This document shows, one piece after another, positions 45,336-54,454 of a stretch of DNA of 64,000 nucleotides. The notes under the pieces are model-generated. The model had not been told where the DNA came from and ran no database searches. It saw only the letters and a program-made list of their open reading frames with translations. The stretch is from the IMG/VR virus record IMGVR_UViG_3300030372_002245, positions 568 to 64,567 of that record. The stretch is one strand, 5' to 3'. Each line of letters starts with the position of its first letter. Position 1 is the stretch's first letter. This DNA is from a virus (lineage: Duplodnaviria; Caudoviricetes). The translations under genes were made by a program, and so were the position numbers.

Positions 45336-45470
45336 TGACCCCTATACCCCCTAAAAATGCGCTAGGCGCGGGTCCCACCCGCCCGACCTGGACCCAGACT
45401 CTTGGTTGCATGTACTTTTCAAACGGGACTCCTACCGAAAAAATATTTTGCAAAAAAATTTTTTGAGATT
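45336..45470. other. GC-rich palindromic patch followed by A/T tracts (candidate packaging/terminus site)
   Basis: GGGTCC/GGACCC inverted pair, C-runs, then AAAAAATATTTTGCAAAAAAATTTTTT; lies downstream of terS. Confidence 0.35.
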
Positions 45471-45475
45471 ATACT
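45447..45475 (+). promoter_or_regulatory. Promoter for a leaderless transcript
   Basis: TTTGCA-17-TATACT-6 nt-ATG. Confidence 0.55.
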
Positions 45476-45481
45476 TTAGAG

Positions 45482-46927
45482 ATGGCAACATCCCCTACAG
45501 AGCGTGAGTATTTTCCGCTGCCTGATCCCGAACCACCTAAGTGGTGGCAACTTCGCGAACAGCTTCGTGGAAAACTAAGAGAATCGGAAGTACCTGATTA
45601 TCGAATCGATCAGCTAATTGGTAAAAACCCTGAACAGTTTCAACGTATGAATGAACTTCGTAGAGAAGTCGCACTGCCTCAGGTTACTGGTGTTTCTGCT
45701 ATTCCTCATTCATTAGGCAGTTTAGATGCAGCATTAGGGATTACTTCGGTTCCAGCATTTACAAAAACAATGGGTCAAATGGCTTTGCCCTATGCAGCAA
45801 TGGGATTGGAGTCTGCAACGGGGTTCACAGACATATTAAAAGCAATAAAAGAAGAACCAGAAGATCAGCCAAAAGATTTTGGTTATTATGCTCGAAGAGT
45901 AGGGCTTCCGTTAAGTGGATTAGCTGGCGCGATGGCGATTAATCGTTTTACTCCTGGAAAAAATATAGCAAATAAACTTCCAGAAGAAATTGCAAATGTA
46001 GATAAAACTCGAAGGAATATACTTAAAACTGGCGCGATAGCGGGAGCACTTTCAACAATTCCTCGTCCGCTAACAAGTACCATAAAATACGGGAGTAAAG
46101 CGCCTATTTCCGCTGCTGCAACAAAAAATTATGCAAATATGTTTGGTCCTAATTTAACCAATTCCAGTATTGGTAACAGAATAACAGGTGCTTTTACAGG
46201 TGGTGGAGGCGATATGGCAGTTGCCCCAATATCGAGAAAAAGATTTTTAGATGATGATTTTAATTTAATTTCCGTCGAAGATTCAGTAAAAACAATGAGA
46301 AAACGTCCTGATGGTAGCAAAAGGGTTAGGGACCAAGCGGACCTAGATAACCACGTTAAAGAAATTACTAAAGCATTAGACGATGCTAGTGTTACAGGTG
46401 ATTTAAAGGCTATTTCTCAAAGCGGAAAAGATCATTTTAAAAATTACAATCTAGGTCCTGAAGAAATTCAAATAATTGATTATGAATCGTTTAATCGTCC
46501 AGGTCGTCCTAAGTATAGTCATATCGCAAGGCGATATGACTTAATGTTTGGAGATTATATCCCTATAGAAGACGTAAGAGGCTGGAAGGGGTCTGAAAAA
46601 GTTATTGCTGAAGGAGAAAACCTTAGACAGTTACCTAGAACATCTTCCGATTTTGATTATTGGGAGGAGCTTAATAAATATATCAGAACCAACGGAACGA
46701 AAATGGGTGAAGCAAAACCTCTGACTGATGCGGAAAAGTCTAATCCAGGAGGGGACATATACGATATGGAATATTACGAATTAGACGGAATTCCTGTAGC
46801 ATTAGGAATGTGGAGTAATTATGATGCCATGGTACCTGTAATAATCACTCCAAATACAAAAGGGATGGATACTCTTACGGGAGCTACCATTGACCGTTTA
46901 GCTGAAATTGAATTAGAGGGAATGTAA
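45482..46927 (+). CDS. Large orphan protein (481 aa), possibly virion-associated
   Basis: Long clean ORF; hydrophobic segments; internal TRRNILK motif. Confidence 0.7.
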   Translation: MATSPTEREYFPLPDPEPPKWWQLREQLRGKLRESEVPDYRIDQLIGKNPEQFQRMNELRREVALPQVTGVSAIPHSLGSLDAALGITSVPAFTKTMGQMALPYAAMGLESATGFTDILKAIKEEPEDQPKDFGYYARRVGLPLSGLAGAMAINRFTPGKNIANKLPEEIANVDKTRRNILKTGAIAGALSTIPRPLTSTIKYGSKAPISAAATKNYANMFGPNLTNSSIGNRITGAFTGGGGDMAVAPISRKRFLDDDFNLISVEDSVKTMRKRPDGSKRVRDQADLDNHVKEITKALDDASVTGDLKAISQSGKDHFKNYNLGPEEIQIIDYESFNRPGRPKYSHIARRYDLMFGDYIPIEDVRGWKGSEKVIAEGENLRQLPRTSSDFDYWEELNKYIRTNGTKMGEAKPLTDAEKSNPGGDIYDMEYYELDGIPVALGMWSNYDAMVPVIITPNTKGMDTLTGATIDRLAEIELEGM

Positions 46928-46928
46928 A

Positions 46929-47492
46929 ATGCCGTTAAAGTCAGGTTCGTCCAATAAAACCGTTTCCTCAAACATTTCCAAACTAAGAGGAGAAGGCTAC
47001 CCACAAGACCAAGCGATAGCTATTGCTCTTTCCAATGCTCAGAAAAAGTCTACTGGCGGCTCGATTGACCGCATAGATGAAATCGCTACAGAAACATTTG
47101 ATATGCCAACTGAGGACCCTGGATTACAGGAAGTCGATTTTATTTCTTGGCTCTTTCCAGAATTAAAATTACTTAAAGGTATTCCCGCCGCATTAGGCTT
47201 GGTCACCAAACCATGGACCAAGTACACTCGTAAGAAATTCACTAAAGCAGGAAACCCTAGTCAACGAACAACGCCAGGTTCCCGACTTTCCGATCCTAAG
47301 AAACAGCCCATGCTGGATTTTTTCAAAGAAACTGAGGGAGGATCTAATTTGTCAGGACTTAGTCCGAAAACTCTCGAAGCGGTTAAAGCAAATTTAAAAG
47401 CGTATGAAGCAGCCGCTTCTCGTACAGCACAATCAGATAAACAAGGGATTAATCGTATGTTACAAATTCTTCGCGATATCGGTGAAATTTAA
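46929..47492 (+). CDS. Protein with a conserved small N-terminal phage domain (MPLK.G.S..T.S.NI...QA.AIAL) plus extension
   Basis: MPLKSGSSNKTVSSNISKLRGEGYPQDQAIAIAL, then STGG and ~140 further aa. Confidence 0.7.
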   Translation: MPLKSGSSNKTVSSNISKLRGEGYPQDQAIAIALSNAQKKSTGGSIDRIDEIATETFDMPTEDPGLQEVDFISWLFPELKLLKGIPAALGLVTKPWTKYTRKKFTKAGNPSQRTTPGSRLSDPKKQPMLDFFKETEGGSNLSGLSPKTLEAVKANLKAYEAAASRTAQSDKQGINRMLQILRDIGEI

Positions 47493-47926
47493 TGGGCTTT
47501 CCGTTTGAAATAATAACTATGCTGGGCTCAACACTGCTCAGTAGTTTGTTAAGTATTTGGTCGCAAAGCCGTAAAGCAAAGGCTGAAGAACAAAAGCTCT
47601 TGATTACTAGAGGCGAGTTTGAGATGAAAGCGGTTCAACAGGCGAGGGAAGTAAAAGATAAAGGCTTTGCATGGACACGCAGAATTATCGCGTTAACTGC
47701 TATATTTGCAATCGTTTTGTTACCGAAACTGGTTGCGGTCTTCTATCCAACGGTCGATGTAACGGTAGGTTATACAAACTGGATGCCTGGATTCTGGTTC
47801 TTTAAAGAAGGCAGAGAAGTTTTCGAATGGGTTACGTTCCAAGGACTTGTAATCACGCAGCTCGATACGAACTTGGTCTCGGCTATCATTGGGATGTACT
47901 TTGGCGGCAGTTTAGTGAAAAAATGA
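47492..47926 (+). CDS. Holin-like membrane protein
   Basis: N-terminal hydrophobic helix, WTRRIIAL TM, C-terminal AIIGMYFGG motif. Confidence 0.6.
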   Translation: MGFPFEIITMLGSTLLSSLLSIWSQSRKAKAEEQKLLITRGEFEMKAVQQAREVKDKGFAWTRRIIALTAIFAIVLLPKLVAVFYPTVDVTVGYTNWMPGFWFFKEGREVFEWVTFQGLVITQLDTNLVSAIIGMYFGGSLVKK

Positions 47927-47984
47927 CCGCGAAACTTAGAAACCCATCCATGACCTTAACTGCTTTACTTATAAATTGAATTAT

Positions 47985-48013
47985 TTTAAAAACGTCAGCG
48001 TTTAACATATACT
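47985..48013 (+). promoter_or_regulatory. Promoter for a leaderless transcript
   Basis: TTTAAA-17-TATACT-6 nt-ATG; an ACTGCTTTACT motif also at 47959. Confidence 0.5.
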
Positions 48014-48019
48014 TGCAAG

Positions 48020-49618
48020 ATGGCAAAATTTAGAACACCACGAAGAAAAATAACTTCTCCTGATGACGATCCAACAATGGCTGACTTTCTTGCTACTGCG
48101 GCAGCAGGTATTGTTCCTGGAGGACTTCTTGTTTATGGAGCAGATAGATATGGTAAAAGGATGGATGCAACTGAAGAAACTCCTAGACCCGTTTCACCTC
48201 AGGATCAAGAACTTGTAAATCAGCGGATAGCTGAGTTGATGATGGAAGAACCCGTTAATGAAATGCGAGCGGTTACTCCTGATATGTTTGAACGTCAGAA
48301 ACTAGGCATCGAAAGACTTCTTTCTAATCTTTATGAACCGCGTCGGGCGAGAGATATTGCCGAAACCGTTTCTACAGCAGTTGATTTTAGCCCTGCAGGA
48401 ATTCCAACTTCCATAGCGGAAGGAATTCGAATGATGGGAGATGACCAACCGTTGATGGGAGCGGGCATGGTAGCATTAGGGATATCTCCGTTTAAAGGTC
48501 TGTCTAAAGTTCAATTACAAAAAGCCTATCAAAAGTTGCAAAAAGAATTAACCGAAACAATCGAAGATATAAAATATAGAGCACAATCTTATCGTAAAAG
48601 TTTTAATGAAACGGGTAATAAAGGCGACGGGTTCGATGCAGATCGTCTTGATGCTATGGCACGAAGGATGGAAAAAAGAAATTTGCGAGAACAGGATGAA
48701 GTTAAAGAATTATTAAAACAAGGAGAATTTGGTTTTGATGATGACGACTATGTGCTTGCGATCGATGAGATTATGGCTCGTGAAGGAATTGATGATCCTG
48801 CTGAGGCAGCATTGAGGTTAAAAACCCTACAACGGGGCTATGTGGATCGAGAAGCGCTTTATCAACACATGAGTAAACAAAGACGACTGGGAGTTCCAGC
48901 TTCTAAAGAACTTAAAGATACTTTCGATACTCTTCAGAAAATGACTGAGGAAAAGGCAAAAGATGGGGAACTGCTGGAACAGGTGCAGTTAGCGATTAAA
49001 AAAGGGCTTATTCCTCCCCTAACTCAAACGGGGAGAAAATTATCAGCTGTTCCTGAGTCAGGCACTAAAGAACCCGATTTTTTCCAAGGACTTGCAGAAA
49101 AGAATCCAAGTTTCAAAAAGATGTTGGTAGAAGGCAGAAAAGATGCGGGATATATTAAACCTGTTTCTTCGAAGAGTACAGAATTGCTCGAAAGAGAACT
49201 TTTTCAAAAAATAATGAACTTAAAAGTTTCTGACGCAAAAGTTACATTACTTGCTAACGATCCTATTTTCAGACAAAAGGCAGTAGAGTTTATTAGAGAA
49301 AACCCAAATATAACCCAATCACAACTTGATAACTTTATTAAAATACACGGAAATACAGCAAACGCATTTTTTGATTTATCAGCAAAAACTCCTAAAGAAG
49401 TCAAAGGCATTATCAATGCGACTCCTGAAACGCAAAAATTATACCAAGAACTTTTAGACAGTCCTTCTGCAATCAATACTCCTAGACATAATAAAGTTGG
49501 AAAAGATGCAAGCGAACAATTACGGGAAATTAAGAAACAAGTAGAGGAATCAGATTTAGAAGATAGAAACGAAGTCCTTCGTTTATTAGCGCAGCTAAGA
49601 GATAAAAAGCCTAAATGA
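48020..49618 (+). CDS. Large orphan helical protein (532 aa)
   Basis: Long clean ORF overlapping the terL start. Confidence 0.7.
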   Translation: MAKFRTPRRKITSPDDDPTMADFLATAAAGIVPGGLLVYGADRYGKRMDATEETPRPVSPQDQELVNQRIAELMMEEPVNEMRAVTPDMFERQKLGIERLLSNLYEPRRARDIAETVSTAVDFSPAGIPTSIAEGIRMMGDDQPLMGAGMVALGISPFKGLSKVQLQKAYQKLQKELTETIEDIKYRAQSYRKSFNETGNKGDGFDADRLDAMARRMEKRNLREQDEVKELLKQGEFGFDDDDYVLAIDEIMAREGIDDPAEAALRLKTLQRGYVDREALYQHMSKQRRLGVPASKELKDTFDTLQKMTEEKAKDGELLEQVQLAIKKGLIPPLTQTGRKLSAVPESGTKEPDFFQGLAEKNPSFKKMLVEGRKDAGYIKPVSSKSTELLERELFQKIMNLKVSDAKVTLLANDPIFRQKAVEFIRENPNITQSQLDNFIKIHGNTANAFFDLSAKTPKEVKGIINATPETQKLYQELLDSPSAINTPRHNKVGKDASEQLREIKKQVEESDLEDRNEVLRLLAQLRDKKPK

Positions 49619-51141
49619 CCTCAAATAAAGAAAAGCTCAGAGCTTTAAAAAACATCGATCTTTCTTATCTCAACAAAGCTGAAGCGAAAGAATTTACGAT
49701 TCTTTTAGAGGAACTCGAAAAGCGCGAGTTTCAAGAAAAAGCCACAGGAACTTTTTTAGATTTTGTAAAATCAATCTGGGGCGAGTTTATTTCAGGCGAT
49801 CACCATCAGAAGATGGCAAAGGCTTTTGACGATATAGCCAGTGGTAAGTTAAAACGGCTCATTATCAATATGCCGCCACGTCATACGAAGTCTGAATTTG
49901 CTTCGCATTTATTCCCCGCGTACCTTTTGGGAAAGAATCCGAAACTAAAAATCATCGAAGCAACACACACCGCCGACCTAGCAATTAACTTTGGTCGTAA
50001 GGTTAGGGATTTGATCGATGGAGAAGAGTATCACGAACTCTTTCCTGAAACAGAACTAAAAGCGGACAGCCGTTCGGCGGGTAAGTGGCTAACAAACAAA
50101 GGTGGGGAATACTATGCAGCAGGTATTGGGGGAGCACTTGCTGGTAGGGGAGCGGATTTGTTTATTATCGACGACCCGCATTCAGAGCAAGACGCGATGT
50201 CCGATAAAGCGATGGAAGAAGCATATGAGTGGTTTATGGCGGGTCCGCGACAAAGGCTACAACCAGGAGGTGCAATCGTAATCGTGATGACTCGTTGGTC
50301 TAAAAAAGATTTGACAGGCAGATTAATTAAGAAAATGGCACAAGATCAAGGCGCAGATCAGTGGGAAGTGATCGAATTTCCTGCGATACTCCCCAGCGGC
50401 AACCCTCTTTGGAAAGAGTATTGGAAATTAGAAGAACTTGAAAGCATAAAAGCCTCCGTTAGTCCTTCAAAATGGGCGGCGCAGTACATGCAAAGACCAA
50501 CAGGTGAGGGAATATCAATTATTCCAAAAGATTGGTTTATGGTTTGGGAAGAAGAAAAACCTCCAAAGTGCGACTACATCATTCAATCATACGATACGGC
50601 TTTCCTAAAAAGCGAAAGAGCCGACTTTACTGCAATCACAACGTGGGGAGTTTGGTACCCTGAAGGCAAAATTGGCGAAGAACTATATACAGGTAACGAA
50701 GCGCATCTGATTTTAATTGATTGCATAAAAGAACGATTCGATTTCCCCGAACTAAAAGCAGAAGCGTTAAGATTGTACGAATTTTGGGAACCTGATACAG
50801 TAATTGTCGAGGCAAAAGCCAGCGGTATACCGTTGGTCCAAGAATTACGGCGGGTAGGTATTCCCGTAAACACTTTTTCTCCAGGAAAAGGACAGGATAA
50901 AATAGCCAGACTAAATTCAGTGTCCCCAATATTCCAAGATGGACGTGTTTGGGTGCCTGATAATCGTTGGGGCGAAGAATTGATGGAAGAAGTCAGTGAT
51001 TTTCCTGGAGGCGAACACGACGATTTAGTAGATGCAACAACTTTAGCATTGGCAAGATTTAGAGAAGGTGGATTTTTACAACTTACAAGCGATTATTATG
51101 AGCCTGAAGAATATTATCCAACGGAAAGAGTTTATTATTAA
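49615..51141 (+). CDS. terL: Terminase large subunit
   Basis: INMPPRHTKS (Walker A), IIDDPH (Walker B), VMTRW, IQSYDTA, HDDLVD nuclease motifs. Confidence 0.95.
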   Translation: MTSNKEKLRALKNIDLSYLNKAEAKEFTILLEELEKREFQEKATGTFLDFVKSIWGEFISGDHHQKMAKAFDDIASGKLKRLIINMPPRHTKSEFASHLFPAYLLGKNPKLKIIEATHTADLAINFGRKVRDLIDGEEYHELFPETELKADSRSAGKWLTNKGGEYYAAGIGGALAGRGADLFIIDDPHSEQDAMSDKAMEEAYEWFMAGPRQRLQPGGAIVIVMTRWSKKDLTGRLIKKMAQDQGADQWEVIEFPAILPSGNPLWKEYWKLEELESIKASVSPSKWAAQYMQRPTGEGISIIPKDWFMVWEEEKPPKCDYIIQSYDTAFLKSERADFTAITTWGVWYPEGKIGEELYTGNEAHLILIDCIKERFDFPELKAEALRLYEFWEPDTVIVEAKASGIPLVQELRRVGIPVNTFSPGKGQDKIARLNSVSPIFQDGRVWVPDNRWGEELMEEVSDFPGGEHDDLVDATTLALARFREGGFLQLTSDYYEPEEYYPTERVYY

Positions 51142-51166
51142 TAAAATAAAGGTATGATTTACAGAC

Positions 51167-53599
51167 ATGGCTATTGAACAACAACCTTTATCCGTACTTT
51201 CTCCAATGGAGGAAGAAATTGAACTCGAGATTATAGATCAGCCTGAAGAAGAGACGGAAGTTTTTATTCAACCTGATGGAACGGTTGTTATGGGCAGCGA
51301 TATGCCCGATCAAACAACAAGTAAGTTTGGTGAAAACATAGCAGAATCCCTAGATGATCGTGAATTATTTACAATATCTAATGAATTAATTGCTTCTTTC
51401 GAAGATGACCTTGATTCTCGAGACGATTGGTTTCAAACATATACCGAAGGACTTGATTTATTAGGAATAAACGCAGATTCAAGATCACAACCGTTTATTG
51501 GTGCTTCAGGGGTTCATCATCCGATACTTGCTGAAGCGGTAACTCAGTTTCAAGCGCAGGCTTACAAAGAAATGTTGCCAGCAGGTGGACCTGTTGACAC
51601 AGAAGTTTTAGGAATGACAGACGACGCGAAGTTAGAAAAAGCAAATCGTGTCAAAAACTTCATGAATTATCAAATTACTTATAAAATGGAAGAATACGAT
51701 CCTGAAATGGATCAGCTTTTGTTTTATTTACCGCTATCGGGTTCCGCATTTAAGAAAATTTATTACGATCCTGCAGTTGGACGCGCTGTAGCACGCTTTG
51801 TTAAGTCAGAAGATTTAGTTGTTCCGTATTATGCGGTTGATTTACTAACTTCTCCACGAATAACCCACGTTATTCAAATGACTGAAAACGAATTACGCAA
51901 ATTACAAATGTCTGGGTTCTATCGAGACATAGATATGATGTCTCCTTCGGGATCCATAGAAGATACAGAGGTAGATGCGAAGATTGATGAGCTTCAAGGA
52001 CTAACTCGTACCGTTTCTGATGAAGAATACACACTTTTAGAAATGCATGTTGACTTAGATATCGCGGGTTACGAAGATACAGACGATAATGGCGAAGAAA
52101 CGGGTATTGGACTGCCTTATATCGTAACAATTTGCAAAGATAACAACGAAATACTCTCAATTCGTCCAAATTACGACGAAAACGACCCGATGCGCAAGAA
52201 AATTGAGCATTTTACACACTATAAGTTTCTTCCAGGACTTGGATTCTACGGATTTGGCTTAATTCACATGATGGGCGGACTAACTAAGTCTGTTACTGCG
52301 ATTTTACGTCAATTAATTGACGCAGGCACACTTTCTAACCTTCCAGCGGGTTTTAAATCACGAGGATTGAACATTCAACGTCATGATGATCCGTTACAGC
52401 CTGGAGAATGGCGAGATGTCGACGCTCCAGGAGGAAAACTTGCAGATTCGTTTTTACCGCTTCCGTATAAAGAGCCAAGCAACACTTTAACCGCGTTATT
52501 GGGTTCTTTAGTTGATTCAGGCAAAAGATTTGCCGCGACGATAGAAGATCCAACAGGAGATGGTAATTCCGAAGCGCCCGTAGGGACAACGGTTGCTTTG
52601 ATGGAAAAAGGACAGCGGGTAATGTCCGCAATTCATAAAAGACTGCATTACGCGCAACGTTGCGAGTTTAAAATTCTAAAAAGAGTATTTGGTGAATTTT
52701 TACCGCCTGAATATCCGTATCAAGTACAAGGCGCTTCTGAAAACGTATTTAAAGAAGATTTTGACAACAGTGTAGACGTTATTCCTGTAAGTGATCCAAA
52801 TATTTTCAGTATGACGCAAAGAATTACTTTAGCGCAAACACAACTACAAATGGCGCAATCTGCACCTGAATTACATGATTTACGAGAAGCGTATCGTAAA
52901 ATGTATATTGCTTTAAACATTAAAGACATTGATGCCGTTCTTCCACCTGAGGAAGAAGTACCGCCAAGAGATCCAATAAGTGAACAAACTTCAGCACTAA
53001 CAGGTGATCCGATAAAAGCCTATGATTTCCAAAATCAAGAAGCATATATCGCATCTCACTCCGCATTTTTACAAAATCCGATGGTACAGCAAAATCCAGC
53101 GGCGGCTCAAGCGATTAGTGCAAATATACAAGAACGACAAGCAATGTTGTACAAATTGCAAATTGAACAAGCACTTGGTCAACCATTGCCACCGTTAGAC
53201 GAGCCGATGCCACCAGAAATGATGAACGAAATTGCGATGGCAGCTGTTGCTGCAACACAACAAGTCACAGGTCAAGCTCAAGCAATGGCGCAAGCACAAA
53301 TGATGGCACAACAAGATCCGCAACGACAAATGTTCGAGCAACAGTTGCAATTAGAGCGTGATCAGTTAATGCAAAAAGAACAAGAAGATATGCGCGATAA
53401 AGAAGTCGAAATGGCGAAAGCCGAACTTGACGCACAAGTTAAACGTGAGAAAATCGAAGCAGATGCTAGAAAAGAAGACACGAAAGCGGCGATTGATTTA
53501 CAAGAACTTGAGCAGAAAACAAAAAGAGACGCGGAAAAGAATTATACTGAATTAGTTAAAACCGTTCGAGATACTCGAACTACAAATGGAGAAAAGTAA
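51167..53599 (+). CDS. Portal protein (P22-like)
   Basis: 810 aa after terL; HPILAEA..QFQA, GSAFKK, GLGFYGFG, LIDAG, PVGTTVAL; Gln-rich coiled C-terminus. Confidence 0.9.
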   Translation: MAIEQQPLSVLSPMEEEIELEIIDQPEEETEVFIQPDGTVVMGSDMPDQTTSKFGENIAESLDDRELFTISNELIASFEDDLDSRDDWFQTYTEGLDLLGINADSRSQPFIGASGVHHPILAEAVTQFQAQAYKEMLPAGGPVDTEVLGMTDDAKLEKANRVKNFMNYQITYKMEEYDPEMDQLLFYLPLSGSAFKKIYYDPAVGRAVARFVKSEDLVVPYYAVDLLTSPRITHVIQMTENELRKLQMSGFYRDIDMMSPSGSIEDTEVDAKIDELQGLTRTVSDEEYTLLEMHVDLDIAGYEDTDDNGEETGIGLPYIVTICKDNNEILSIRPNYDENDPMRKKIEHFTHYKFLPGLGFYGFGLIHMMGGLTKSVTAILRQLIDAGTLSNLPAGFKSRGLNIQRHDDPLQPGEWRDVDAPGGKLADSFLPLPYKEPSNTLTALLGSLVDSGKRFAATIEDPTGDGNSEAPVGTTVALMEKGQRVMSAIHKRLHYAQRCEFKILKRVFGEFLPPEYPYQVQGASENVFKEDFDNSVDVIPVSDPNIFSMTQRITLAQTQLQMAQSAPELHDLREAYRKMYIALNIKDIDAVLPPEEEVPPRDPISEQTSALTGDPIKAYDFQNQEAYIASHSAFLQNPMVQQNPAAAQAISANIQERQAMLYKLQIEQALGQPLPPLDEPMPPEMMNEIAMAAVAATQQVTGQAQAMAQAQMMAQQDPQRQMFEQQLQLERDQLMQKEQEDMRDKEVEMAKAELDAQVKREKIEADARKEDTKAAIDLQELEQKTKRDAEKNYTELVKTVRDTRTTNGEK

Positions 53600-53802
53600 T
53601 GCGTGATTATTACGATAATGACAAGTACCCTTCGCCTTCGCCTAAGAAAACAAAGCCTGCGCCAAGTTTTCCTAGTGTAGAAGATATGACTAAAATAGAG
53701 TCTGTAGAAGCGGGGGAGTGTCTTGATGAGCCTGAAAAAGCTAAAGTAAAAGCAGCTTACGGGCAGACTAAAGGTCTTCTTTGGTATCGTTCTATTAAGT
53801 AA
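53599..53802 (+). CDS. Small hypothetical protein
   Basis: Coupled start. Confidence 0.6.
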   Translation: MRDYYDNDKYPSPSPKKTKPAPSFPSVEDMTKIESVEAGECLDEPEKAKVKAAYGQTKGLLWYRSIK

Positions 53803-53805
53803 TTA

Positions 53806-54003
53806 ATGGACTATATCGTTGCAACGGAGCATTTGCTTCGTAAAATCCGAGAGAGGAAAGAAGCTCTCTCGCAAACGTTGGCTGGCGGTGGTGTTGAGAA
53901 TTTTGAGCAATACCAAAGAGTAGTTGGCGAAATCGCAGGTTTGACTTTCGTTGAACAGGAAATTCAAACCCTACATTCTAATATGGAGGATGCATATGAC
54001 TAA
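53806..54003 (+). CDS. Small conserved head-module protein
   Basis: L..GGV..FEQYQRVVGEIAGL pattern. Confidence 0.7.
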   Translation: MDYIVATEHLLRKIRERKEALSQTLAGGGVENFEQYQRVVGEIAGLTFVEQEIQTLHSNMEDAYD

Positions 54004-54433
54004 AACTGTTCCAGACCGAGTAGCTAATTTTGGCAGCACCGATGTTGACGAGATCCCTATTGATCCCGTTCAAGAAATCACAGTTGACAATTTAGACTCT
54101 CATGCAGACAAGTTACCCAAACCAACGGGTTATCGTGTCTTAATATTACCTTTTACTTTACCTGAGCAAACCAAAGGTGGAATTTACCTAGCTAAACAAA
54201 CTTTAGACAAAGAAAGAATTGCTACAGTTGTTGGCTATGTGGTTGCAATGGGCGCAGATGCCTATAGCGATCCACACAAGTTTCCTGAAGGTCCTTGGTG
54301 TAAAAAAGGTGATTGGGTTATTTTTGGCAGATATGCTGGAGCTCGTTTTCAAATTGAAGGTGGCGATATGCGACTTTTAAACGACGATGAGATTTTAGCA
54401 ACTATTGAAGATCCCGAAGCAATTTTATCATAA
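53996..54433 (+). CDS. groES: Co-chaperonin GroES-like protein
   Basis: PTGYRVLI, TKGGIYL mobile loop, GDWVIFGRYAG, RLLNDDEILA. Confidence 0.9.
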   Translation: MTKTVPDRVANFGSTDVDEIPIDPVQEITVDNLDSHADKLPKPTGYRVLILPFTLPEQTKGGIYLAKQTLDKERIATVVGYVVAMGADAYSDPHKFPEGPWCKKGDWVIFGRYAGARFQIEGGDMRLLNDDEILATIEDPEAILS

Positions 54434-54454
54434 TTTAACCACATGGAGGAAACC

